A stretch of DNA of 64,000 nt. Origin: a bacterium BMS3Abin06. GTDB taxonomy: Bacteria > Nitrospirota > Thermodesulfovibrionia > UBA6902. The translations under genes and the position numbers were made by a program. The notes below the pieces were generated by a model. The model was given only the letters and a program-made list of their open reading frames with translations, was not told the origin of the DNA and did not search any database. The first letter of the stretch is position 1, and each line of letters begins with the position of its first letter. Location of the stretch: positions 40,109-104,108 of the forward strand of contig BDSY01000058.1 in NCBI GenBank assembly GCA_002897895.1. Direction: 5' to 3'. Shown in pieces: positions 8,007-16,271 of this stretch.

Positions 8007-9875
8007 TTGCTATACGGATATGCAGGAAAGATTCTCAGGATTAACCTAACAACATCCAAAATTACCAAAGAAGATATTCCAGAAGATTTCTACCAAAAGT
8101 ACCTCGGTGGTAATGGTTTTGGTGCACGACTACTTTATACAGAGCTGAAACCTAAAATAGATCCACTGAGCAGTGAAAATATTCTCATATTTGCAACAGG
8201 TCCTCTGAACGGCGCCATGATTCCAATGGCATCAAAGCTTTGTGCAATCTCAAAATCTCCTTTAACAGGAACATTTATGGATGGATTCTGCAGCGGGAGG
8301 ATTGGTTCTGAACTGAAATATGCCGGTTATGACATCCTTGTGATAGAGGGTAAGGCTGATAAGCCTGTCTATCTATTTGTCGATGATGACATTATTCAAT
8401 TAAGAGACGGAATGTCCCTATGGGGAAAAGATACATTTACAACCCAAATAATGATAAAGAACGAGTTAAAAGACGAAAGCGTTCAAGTTGCCTGTATTGG
8501 CCCGGCAGGTGAAAATTTGGTAAGGTATGCCTGCATTATAACAGAACAAAGGGCTGTTGGAAGTGGCGGGTTGGGCGCTGTCATGGGGTCTAAGAATCTA
8601 AAGGCAATAGCAGTTCGTGGGAGTAAGTTAGTCTCTGTATTTAACACTGCTAAATTAGAGCAATTTGTTCAACGGATAATAGTAAAGATCAAAGAAGAGC
8701 CAGCAGCTCAAGTTCTTTCAAAATACGGCACTGCGGTAGTTACGTCGGTTTTGCAATATATTGGAGGACTTCCAACGAAAAACTGGCAGTCAGGTATATT
8801 CCCGGATAGTAAGGCGCTTTCGGCAGAAACACTTGTCGATAAATATACACAGAAAAACTTATCATGTTTTGCCTGTATGATCCCATGTGGACATTATTCT
8901 GTCGTTAAAGAAGGCCCATATAAAGGGGCGATTACTAATGGTCCGGAATTTCAAAGCATAGGCGTTTTTGGCCCATTGACTGGAAATAAAAGATTGGATG
9001 CAATTATCATGGCCGATAGACTTTGCGATGAATACGGCTTAGGACAGATATCGGCAGGGGTTTGTATATCTTTTGCCATGGAATGTTTTGAGCGAGGACT
9101 TATTACCAAGAAAGATACCGATGGGATAGAGTTGAGATTTGGCAATCATGAAGCAATGATAAAGATGCTTAGAAAGATAACTTACAGGGAAGGGATAGGG
9201 GATATTCTTGCCGAAGGGGTTAAAAGGGCATCAGCTATTTTAGGAAGAGGTACAGAAAGATATGCCATCCATGTAAAAGGGATGGAGATGGCATGCTTCT
9301 GTCCCCGGGTTTTAAAGACACAGGCCTTTGGTTTTGTTGTCTCCTCAAAAGGACCAAGCCACAATGAAGTGCGTATTACAGCAGAATTGGGAAGATTAAT
9401 TCCTAATGACTTAAAGAACGGCTTAGGCTATTTGGCTAAAGAACTGATGGATTGGAGTGCAATAGCCAATTCATTAATTTGGTGTCTTAGTGCTGAAAGG
9501 ATTTTGGATATAAAATTATCCGAAGAAGTAGTAGAGATGCTCAACTTTACGACGGGAATGGATTTTGATAAAACAGAATTAGTTAAGATCGCTGAAAGGA
9601 TTCACAATTTGGAGCGTGCATTCAATATCAGGGAGGGTTTTAGCAAGCAGGATGATGTGCTTCCAAAAAGATTTCTGAAAGAGGCAATTCCGGAAGGACC
9701 TGCAAAGGGTCTGAAAATAAACAAAAAAATACTCAATGCAACTATCGATGAATACTATGCTGCCAGGGGGTGGGATAAAGGAGGCAGACCTACTATGAAT
9801 AAACTTTTAGAACTCGGATTAGAGGATGTAATGGTATATATAAATGATGAGGAGAGAATGCCTGCAGGAAAATGA
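8007..9875 (+). CDS. aor: Aldehyde:ferredoxin oxidoreductase family (tungsto-/molybdo-pterin) enzyme
   Basis: AOR N-terminal signature MLYGYAGKILRINL...LGGNGFGARLLY; 622 aa. TTG start abuts the rSAM stop. Confidence 0.8.
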   Translation: MLYGYAGKILRINLTTSKITKEDIPEDFYQKYLGGNGFGARLLYTELKPKIDPLSSENILIFATGPLNGAMIPMASKLCAISKSPLTGTFMDGFCSGRIGSELKYAGYDILVIEGKADKPVYLFVDDDIIQLRDGMSLWGKDTFTTQIMIKNELKDESVQVACIGPAGENLVRYACIITEQRAVGSGGLGAVMGSKNLKAIAVRGSKLVSVFNTAKLEQFVQRIIVKIKEEPAAQVLSKYGTAVVTSVLQYIGGLPTKNWQSGIFPDSKALSAETLVDKYTQKNLSCFACMIPCGHYSVVKEGPYKGAITNGPEFQSIGVFGPLTGNKRLDAIIMADRLCDEYGLGQISAGVCISFAMECFERGLITKKDTDGIELRFGNHEAMIKMLRKITYREGIGDILAEGVKRASAILGRGTERYAIHVKGMEMACFCPRVLKTQAFGFVVSSKGPSHNEVRITAELGRLIPNDLKNGLGYLAKELMDWSAIANSLIWCLSAERILDIKLSEEVVEMLNFTTGMDFDKTELVKIAERIHNLERAFNIREGFSKQDDVLPKRFLKEAIPEGPAKGLKINKKILNATIDEYYAARGWDKGGRPTMNKLLELGLEDVMVYINDEERMPAGK

Positions 9876-9926
9876 AAAGAAATTATTGTACATAACAGCT
9901 TTATCAATTGAATGAGGTAAAAAATT

Positions 9927-10943
9927 ATGAATAACAGATTTTTCTCAACCCAAAAAGGCCACACAAAATTATGGATAACAATTGGAATAATTGTTCTTTT
10001 TCTGATTGCTATGGGCTTATTTATATTTTCAAACAAAAAACCTGCTGATGAAATAATTATAGGTTATAGTGCATTACGCATAAGCCTTCCTGTCTTTGCT
10101 GCAAAAGAAAAAGCTTATTTTGCCGGAGAAGGTTTGAATGTTAAATTAGTAAGGTTTGACACTGCTCAACCTTTAATGACTTCTCTTGTTGCCGGCAGCG
10201 TCCGGATAGCCGGTTATACGGCCTTGCCAATAACTTATAATGCCATGCTCAGAAGTAAAACAGATCTGTATTTTGTTACAGCAATGCTTGAAGACCAAAA
10301 ACATAGAATAAGTTATCTGATTGTTCCCAAAGATACTCCGGATACTTTTACGATTGCTGAGTTAAAAGGCAAAAAGATTGGTATTCTTCCAACAGTTGCA
10401 TACAGGGCATGGTTAGAAGAAATACTGAAATTTAACGAAGTAGATCCTTCAGATGTTAAAATTGTGCAAATTACTCCGGCTCTTACTCCTTCCGCATTAG
10501 AATCCGGTCAAGTTAATGCACTCTTTACTAATGATCCTGCTGCTACAACAATTCTACAACGAGGAATCGGTAGATTGCTTAGTAAAGAAGTTGAAGTTCC
10601 AAAAATATTTGGAGAGCAATTTGTTTTTGGCAGCTTTAATATTAGAAAAGACTTTGCAGACAGCAATCCTGAGATAGCAGCAAAAATAGTTAGGGCATTA
10701 GATAAGGCAGTAACATTTGTTAATAACAATCCGGATGAAGCAAAACGGATAATGAAGAAATATTTACATGAATTACAAAAACCTTTTGTGGATTTCTACC
10801 CGGATGCCCTTTATCAAACCACTACAGAAGTTGATCCTGAAAAATTCCAGGATATTGCAGATAAATATTTAGAAATTGGAATAATCCAGAAGCCATTAAA
10901 GGTTGAGCATTTGGTTATTTCCGAAAAAATTTTTTTAAAATGA
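9927..10943 (+). CDS. ABC transporter substrate-binding protein, NitT/TauT (SsuA/TauA/ThiY-like) family
   Basis: N-terminal signal/anchor followed by an NMT1-like fold pattern. Confidence 0.6.
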   Translation: MNNRFFSTQKGHTKLWITIGIIVLFLIAMGLFIFSNKKPADEIIIGYSALRISLPVFAAKEKAYFAGEGLNVKLVRFDTAQPLMTSLVAGSVRIAGYTALPITYNAMLRSKTDLYFVTAMLEDQKHRISYLIVPKDTPDTFTIAELKGKKIGILPTVAYRAWLEEILKFNEVDPSDVKIVQITPALTPSALESGQVNALFTNDPAATTILQRGIGRLLSKEVEVPKIFGEQFVFGSFNIRKDFADSNPEIAAKIVRALDKAVTFVNNNPDEAKRIMKKYLHELQKPFVDFYPDALYQTTTEVDPEKFQDIADKYLEIGIIQKPLKVEHLVISEKIFLK

Positions 10944-10947
10944 AAGC

Positions 10948-11667
10948 ATGATTGAAATAAAAAATCTTAAAAAGAAATTTTTTTGCAATGGCAGCAATAA
11001 ATCCTTGTTTTCCGGATTTGATTTAGTAATCAGAAAAAGCGAGAAGATTGGACTTTTCGCACCAAATGGAAGTGGAAAAAGCACTCTTTTAAATATTTTA
11101 GCAGGAGTTGATAAAGATTTTGCCGGCACGGTTTCTATAGAAGGGAAACGTATAAGCTATATGCACCAGGACACTAATGCAACCTTAGCTCCCTGGTTTA
11201 CTTGTGAAAAGAATATTTTGCTTGTAAGGAAATATCATCACTTAGGCATTGAAAAAGGGAAAGCTTTACTTAAACGGTTTGTTAATGAAATAGAAATCAA
11301 CTTTTCTTTAGACCAATATCCTTTTATGCTTAGTGGCGGCCAGAGACAAATAGTTGCACTTCTGCGGGCATTGATATTTGAACCGGATGTTTTATTATTG
11401 GATGAGCCTTTCTCTGCTCTTGACATTGAAAAACGAGCTGCTTTTATAGAGTTTTTAACAAAACACTTCACTAATAATCTTACAGTAATAATGTGCTCTC
11501 ATAGAGGGGATGAGGTTAAATCATTGCTTGACAGAGCTGTAATTCTAGAACATCAGTCAGAAACAAGGATTACGATGGATATTTGTCGTTCCAAGTTCCA
11601 CTCTAAACAAGAATTTGAACAGATTATCTCTAAAATCAGATTTAAGAAAAACGGACATGAAATATAA
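10948..11667 (+). CDS. ABC transporter ATP-binding protein (NitT/TauT family)
   Basis: Walker A GSGKST, signature LSGGQRQ, Walker B LLLDEP. Confidence 0.8.
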   Translation: MIEIKNLKKKFFCNGSNKSLFSGFDLVIRKSEKIGLFAPNGSGKSTLLNILAGVDKDFAGTVSIEGKRISYMHQDTNATLAPWFTCEKNILLVRKYHHLGIEKGKALLKRFVNEIEINFSLDQYPFMLSGGQRQIVALLRALIFEPDVLLLDEPFSALDIEKRAAFIEFLTKHFTNNLTVIMCSHRGDEVKSLLDRAVILEHQSETRITMDICRSKFHSKQEFEQIISKIRFKKNGHEI

Positions 11668-12403
11668 GACCTCACTTATAGGGATTTTTTCGGCGGTTAC
11701 TATCTGGCAAATCATTGCCTGGTTAAAAATATTCAATCCAATTTATTTTGCCTCGCCCTATGAAGTAATTGCTGAATCAATCAAAATGATTCAGGGAGGC
11801 GCTGTTTTCATAGACCTTACACTCACTATTTACAGAATAGCTGTCAGTGTTATTATATCCTCACTTATTGGCATACCTCTTGGCATTGCCTTTGGTTATT
11901 TTGCTCGTATCTATAAATATGTCGGCGAAATAGTGGATTTCCTGCGTTCAATCCCGCCAATTGTAATTTATCCATTGCTCCTTATTGTCTTGGGACCCGG
12001 AGATAGTTCAAGAATAGGCGTTGCTCTTTTTGGCTCAATAGTTGTTTTGGTTCTTATTATTTCTAACGGGTTATTTCAACAAGCGCCATTGAGAAGACAA
12101 TATTTTGCATCTCTTGGAGCCAATAAGGTTCAGCTCGTAAACCACATTGTCTGGTATGAAGCGCTGCCTCATGTTATGGTCGCTTTAAGAACAGCAGTAT
12201 CCCTATCCATTATTATTATAGTGGTTACAGAAATGCTTGTTGGCGCACAATATGGTTTGGGGACAAGGGTACAGAACGTTCAAATTACCAGCAACATTCC
12301 CGATTTATTTGTCACTATCATTATTATTGGTTTAATTGGTGTTTTATTTAATAAAACCTTAATCTGTCTTGATAAGAAGCTTGTTTTTTGGAAATCTAAT
12401 TGA
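11657..12403 (+). CDS. ABC transporter permease (binding-protein-dependent inner-membrane component)
   Basis: Hydrophobic throughout. The start is set at the ATG overlapping the ATPase stop. Confidence 0.7.
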   Translation: MKYKTSLIGIFSAVTIWQIIAWLKIFNPIYFASPYEVIAESIKMIQGGAVFIDLTLTIYRIAVSVIISSLIGIPLGIAFGYFARIYKYVGEIVDFLRSIPPIVIYPLLLIVLGPGDSSRIGVALFGSIVVLVLIISNGLFQQAPLRRQYFASLGANKVQLVNHIVWYEALPHVMVALRTAVSLSIIIIVVTEMLVGAQYGLGTRVQNVQITSNIPDLFVTIIIIGLIGVLFNKTLICLDKKLVFWKSN

Positions 12404-12546
12404 TAAATTTATTGTGGAGACTTTCTTATAAAAGTTTGTATGCTTCGCAGAATTTTGCAAAACTCAGAAAGAAAAATTTGCTCTAATTTACATGATATTG
12501 ATGAAAGAGATAAGAAGGGGTAAATAATTTTAATTTCGCTTTGTAT

Positions 12547-12570
12547 TTAAGTATATGCTTATTAACTTAA
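12547..12570 (+). promoter_or_regulatory. Second copy of the operator-like palindrome TTAAGT-N12-ACTTAA
   Basis: TTAAGTATATGCTTATTAACTTAA, about 70 nt upstream of the third peptide gene. Confidence 0.5.
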
Positions 12571-12642
12571 TTACATTAGGGTTATTTTGCTGAGGAGAAG
12601 ACATTTTTTGATGCATAATCCACAGAAAGGAGGTGATAAAAA

Positions 12643-12756
12643 ATGGCTGACAAAAGCAAAAAGAAGTCTTGTGGCTGTGGATGCGATATGCTGAAGCAAT
12701 CTAGCCGCAAAGCCGCAAAAGACGAGAAAGAGTCAAAAGTCATAAGTAAGAAGTAG
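12643..12756 (+). CDS. Cys-Gly-repeat micro-protein (37 aa): MADKSKKKSCGCGCDMLKQSSRKAAKDEKESKVISKK
   Basis: Same SD AAAGGAGGTGA and MAD-K-rich N-terminus plus CGCGC core as 5932..6051. Not in the ORF track. Confidence 0.55.
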   Translation: MADKSKKKSCGCGCDMLKQSSRKAAKDEKESKVISKK

Positions 12757-12854
12757 TCAGACTCGGCCTCACCAAAAGGGGGTAGGTTCAGAAATCGCTT
12801 GCCCCCTTAACTCCAATAATATTCTAATATTACGATTCAATAAAGGAGGAAATA

Positions 12855-13991
12855 ATGAAAAAATTAAATATTGAAGAAATTAGAGAACTATCCGAGAAGC
12901 TTGCATCTGAGAAATTGGCGCCACGTGCCGCAGAGATTGATCAGAACCGTACCTTTCCCTGGGAGAACATTCGAGCACTTGGAGAAGCTGGTTTCCTTGA
13001 GTTGATCATTTCTGAGGACAACGGTGGCTTAGGATTTGGGCGAGTCTGCTTTGCTTCGGTTGCAGAGGAGATAGCTAAGGCCTGCGCTTCCACCGCTCTT
13101 ATATATGTTTCTCACTCAATCGTGACAAAGGCGATAGAACTTGCAGGTAGCGAGGCTGCAAAGAAGAACTGGTTAACTAAAATGTTAACAGGACAATCGC
13201 TTGGAGCGTTCGCTGTCCACGAGCCTGACTCCGGCAGCAACTCCGGAGCCATCACCACATTGGCAAAGAAGGAAGGCGATCACTATATCGTAAATGGTTC
13301 AAAATTTTTCATTACTTCAGCCGGGGAGGCCGACTTCTACCTGGTCCTCGTCAGGACTGACCCGGAAAAGGGGCCTCAGGGTATGAGCACATTGCTCATT
13401 GAAAAAAACACTCCCGGTCTTTCCTTCGGTCAACACGAAGATAAGATGGGTCTGACAAGTACTTCCTCAAGGGAGATGTTTTTCAGCGATTGCCTTGTAC
13501 CGAAGGAAAATCTGATAGGCAATGAAGGTGAGGGAACACAGGTTATTGGGAAAACTGTAGTTGGTTTGGGGTTCTTCGGAGCTGCCGCGATATCTGTCGG
13601 AATCGCAAGATCAGCCACTGAACTTGCAATCAAACATGCCAAGGAAAGAGCCATAGCAGGACAACCCATTGCCGTTCATCAAGCCGTTCAGTTCATGATC
13701 ACGGACATGATTCTTGGGAATGAAGCCGCAGAAGCATTTCTCAAAGTATGTGCTGCAAGAGCTGACTCAACTCAAGGCGCTGCCGTTATTAATGGGTTTA
13801 AGGCTAAGCTTTTAGCCTCTGAGATGGCTGTGGATGTTACAAACAAGGCAATCCAGGTTATGGGTGGTCATGGATACTGCCGGGATTATATAGTTGAAAG
13901 GCTTTTTCGCGACGCCCGGGGATTGACGCTTCACTTCAAAACTTCCGAGTGGCTTCGACAGGATATTGCCAAGGCAGCATTGGGATTGTAA
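12855..13991 (+). CDS. Acyl-CoA dehydrogenase
   Basis: ACAD fold pattern; 378 aa; good SD. Confidence 0.8.
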   Translation: MKKLNIEEIRELSEKLASEKLAPRAAEIDQNRTFPWENIRALGEAGFLELIISEDNGGLGFGRVCFASVAEEIAKACASTALIYVSHSIVTKAIELAGSEAAKKNWLTKMLTGQSLGAFAVHEPDSGSNSGAITTLAKKEGDHYIVNGSKFFITSAGEADFYLVLVRTDPEKGPQGMSTLLIEKNTPGLSFGQHEDKMGLTSTSSREMFFSDCLVPKENLIGNEGEGTQVIGKTVVGLGFFGAAAISVGIARSATELAIKHAKERAIAGQPIAVHQAVQFMITDMILGNEAAEAFLKVCAARADSTQGAAVINGFKAKLLASEMAVDVTNKAIQVMGGHGYCRDYIVERLFRDARGLTLHFKTSEWLRQDIAKAALGL

Positions 13992-14016
13992 AAGCACAGG
14001 CAGGTCAACACACTAT

Positions 14017-14396
14017 CGAGCGGTGAAAGACAGAGGGCATGGCGCTTGCTCAAAAACCCCGGATACTTTTACTTGATGAGCCGATGACCTTTCTGGACAT
14101 TCATCACCAGTTCGAGATAATGGAGTTGTTGCAGAGACTCCAGAAGACTCCAGAAGGGTCTTGACATTACAGTAATCATGGTCATCCATGACCTGAACCA
14201 TGTGGCAAGGTTCAGCCACAGGGTAATTGCGCTGAAACATGGCCGTGTAATCAAGGATGGGTATCCACATGAAGTAATAACCGAGGATATCCTGAGAGAT
14301 GTTTTTGGAGTGAAGGCAAAGGTAATGGTAATGGCATTTAAGGATCATCATAATCGTGATTTCACTTTATGTTTCCCCTGTGGGGTCTGTAAGTAA
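14017..14396 (+). pseudogene. 5'-truncated, frameshifted remnant of a FecE/BtuD-type (iron-siderophore/cobalamin class) ABC ATPase
   Basis: ALAQKPRILLLDEP...LQRLQK then a frame change to ...LDITVIMVIHDLNHVARFSHRVIALKHGRVI. The frameshift coincides with a 10-bp tandem duplication AGACTCCAGA at 14135..14154. Walker A and signature regions are absent. Confidence 0.7.
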
Positions 14397-14411
14397 GCGG
14401 GAAGTGAAAAA

Positions 14412-15254
14412 ATGATCAGGACAGAAAATTTAACAAAGTATTACGGCAGTAAATGCGCTGTCAATTCGGTCTCCTTCAATATCAGGAAAGGAGAAGTCTT
14501 CGCGCTGCTCGGTCCTAACGGGGCCGGTAAGACAACAACCATTAAGATGCTGACCACCCTGAGCAGGCCTACAGAAGGAAAGATATTCATTAATAATCTT
14601 GATGTGGTAGTCGATCAGTTAAAGGTCAAGAGGCTGGTGGCCGTTGTGCCGCAGGTGGGAAACTTTGACAGGGAGCTTTCAGTATATGAAAACATGCTTG
14701 TTTACGGGATGCTTTATGGAGTAAAGGAGCCCGGACCGAAGATAGAAAAAAATCTTGATGCTTTAGGGCTGCTGAAAGAGAGAGATACCATTGCAGAGGT
14801 CCTTTCGGGCGGCATGCAGAGGAGGCTCCTTATTGCAAAAGCGCTCTTATCGGAGCCCGATGTCCTGTTCCTTGATGAACCAACAGTAGGACTTGATCCC
14901 CATGTGAGAAGGGAGATCTGGGACATTATCAGGAACATACGGAACAATGGGAAGACAATTCTGATGACCACCCACTATATCGAAGAGGCAGAGATGCTTT
15001 GTGATAGGATCGGTATCCTGTCTCATGGAAGCCTGATCGCAATAGATACTCCAGGGAACTTGAAGGACAACATAGGCAGATATGTTGTAGAAATTCCATC
15101 ATCCAATGGCAGCGGAAGGACTGAGCGTGTCATATGCAGAGACAGGGCTGAGGCGGAAGAGACCGCCCGAAGGTCTGACAACAGAGTTGTGATCAGGCCT
15201 GCAAATCTGGAAGACGTATTTATTCAACTGACAGGGGAGATGGTCGAGGGATGA
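14412..15254 (+). CDS. ABC-2 type exporter ATP-binding protein
   Basis: GPNGAGKTT, LSGGMQRRL and LFLDEPT motifs. Confidence 0.8.
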   Translation: MIRTENLTKYYGSKCAVNSVSFNIRKGEVFALLGPNGAGKTTTIKMLTTLSRPTEGKIFINNLDVVVDQLKVKRLVAVVPQVGNFDRELSVYENMLVYGMLYGVKEPGPKIEKNLDALGLLKERDTIAEVLSGGMQRRLLIAKALLSEPDVLFLDEPTVGLDPHVRREIWDIIRNIRNNGKTILMTTHYIEEAEMLCDRIGILSHGSLIAIDTPGNLKDNIGRYVVEIPSSNGSGRTERVICRDRAEAEETARRSDNRVVIRPANLEDVFIQLTGEMVEG

Positions 15255-15988
15255 ACTGGTACCCGGTATTTTACAGGGAGATGCTGCTCTTTAAGAAAAA
15301 GCTCTGTAAGCTTGGTTATGTCTTTTCATCTCTATTGTTCCCGGTGCTCTATCTGGTGGCATTTGGCATGGGGCTTGGCAGAAGGGTAAATATTGAGGGA
15401 ACGGGTTATATAGAGTTTCTTATTCCGGGCATAGCCGCCATGACCTCGATGACAAATTCATATAACCTTGTTTCAAACTCTTTAAGTATGGGCAGGCTTT
15501 TTTTTAAGAGCTTTCAGGTTGTTATCCAGTCACCTCTGCCGCATTTCTCGATCATGACAGGAATAGTGTTTTCGGGGATTGTGAAGGGAGCACTTGCATC
15601 TGCAGTTATTGTCCTCGCGGGCTTGATAATATTCAGGGCCTTTCCATTCAGTCTTGTCTCTTTTCTTGGGCTTTTATTAAACCTGATATTGTTCTCCTCT
15701 ATGGGTGTAGTCGCAGGGCTGCTTATAAGGTACCCTGAAGATAATGCTATTTATACCAACTTCTTTATAATGCCGATGGCATTCTTCTCGGGTACATTCT
15801 TTCCTGTAGACAATCTGCCGGCAGCGGTAAAAGGCATAATCATGTTTTTACCGCTGCACTACACCAACATTCTGATAAGAAGCGATGAACTGAGCAAGGA
15901 GGTGATTCTGCCGATATCAGTATTACTTGCAGTTTCGATAACACTATTTTTATGCGGAGCAAAACTGATTAAAAATTACAGTGAATAA
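15251..15988 (+). CDS. ABC-2 type exporter permease
   Basis: Six-TM-like hydrophobic protein; overlaps the ATPase stop by 4 nt. Confidence 0.7.
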   Translation: MNWYPVFYREMLLFKKKLCKLGYVFSSLLFPVLYLVAFGMGLGRRVNIEGTGYIEFLIPGIAAMTSMTNSYNLVSNSLSMGRLFFKSFQVVIQSPLPHFSIMTGIVFSGIVKGALASAVIVLAGLIIFRAFPFSLVSFLGLLLNLILFSSMGVVAGLLIRYPEDNAIYTNFFIMPMAFFSGTFFPVDNLPAAVKGIIMFLPLHYTNILIRSDELSKEVILPISVLLAVSITLFLCGAKLIKNYSE

Positions 15989-16002
15989 TTTCGGGCGTTA
16001 TC

Positions 16003-16271
16003 CCTTTTACCGCCAAACAGGATGAACCCTCCGATACCTTTTCGAACAAGTTCAGAAGCCCGCTCCTGATACTGAATTGAAGAGAGTTTTTCTCCATCAA
16101 GTCTGCTTATGATAAGTTGCCAGAGTTTTTGCTCAAGGCCGGACATAGAACATTATAAACTACTTTACTGCTAAAACTCCTTGAGCCGCAGGGCATCTTT
16201 TAATGCCGGCAACATCCTTTTTACGCAGGCCCGCCCTTCTTCAATGGCTTCTGACGCCCGATCGAATTCGA
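16003..16271. repeat. 269-bp direct repeat, copy 2 (right boundary of island)
   Basis: Identical to 4937..5205. It carries an orphan 5' fragment of the GH3 gene on the minus strand (16003..16146) and supplies the last ~33 codons of the patatin gene. Confidence 0.9.

Noticed and set aside
8951-9364. Minus-strand ORFs inside aor; likewise 10508..10729, 11238..11471, 13430..13669, 14714..14971, 20042..20422, 21169..22583, 24212..25005, 26603..27046, 27698..28960, 29842..30985, 43373..43900, 52285..53856, 56344..56925, 57776..58098
   Set aside because: All are embedded antisense or out-of-frame within strongly supported genes.
12757-12830. Possible terminator after the third peptide gene (AAGGGGG ... 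CCCCCTT)
   Set aside because: The stem is only 7 bp, the loop is 19 nt and no T-run follows. It is probably not a functional intrinsic terminator.
5206-16002. Island as a classical integrative element (ICE, prophage or transposon)
   Set aside because: No integrase, recombinase, transposase or tRNA attachment site is present. The 269-bp boundary repeat is a duplicated gene junction, not an att site or TSD.
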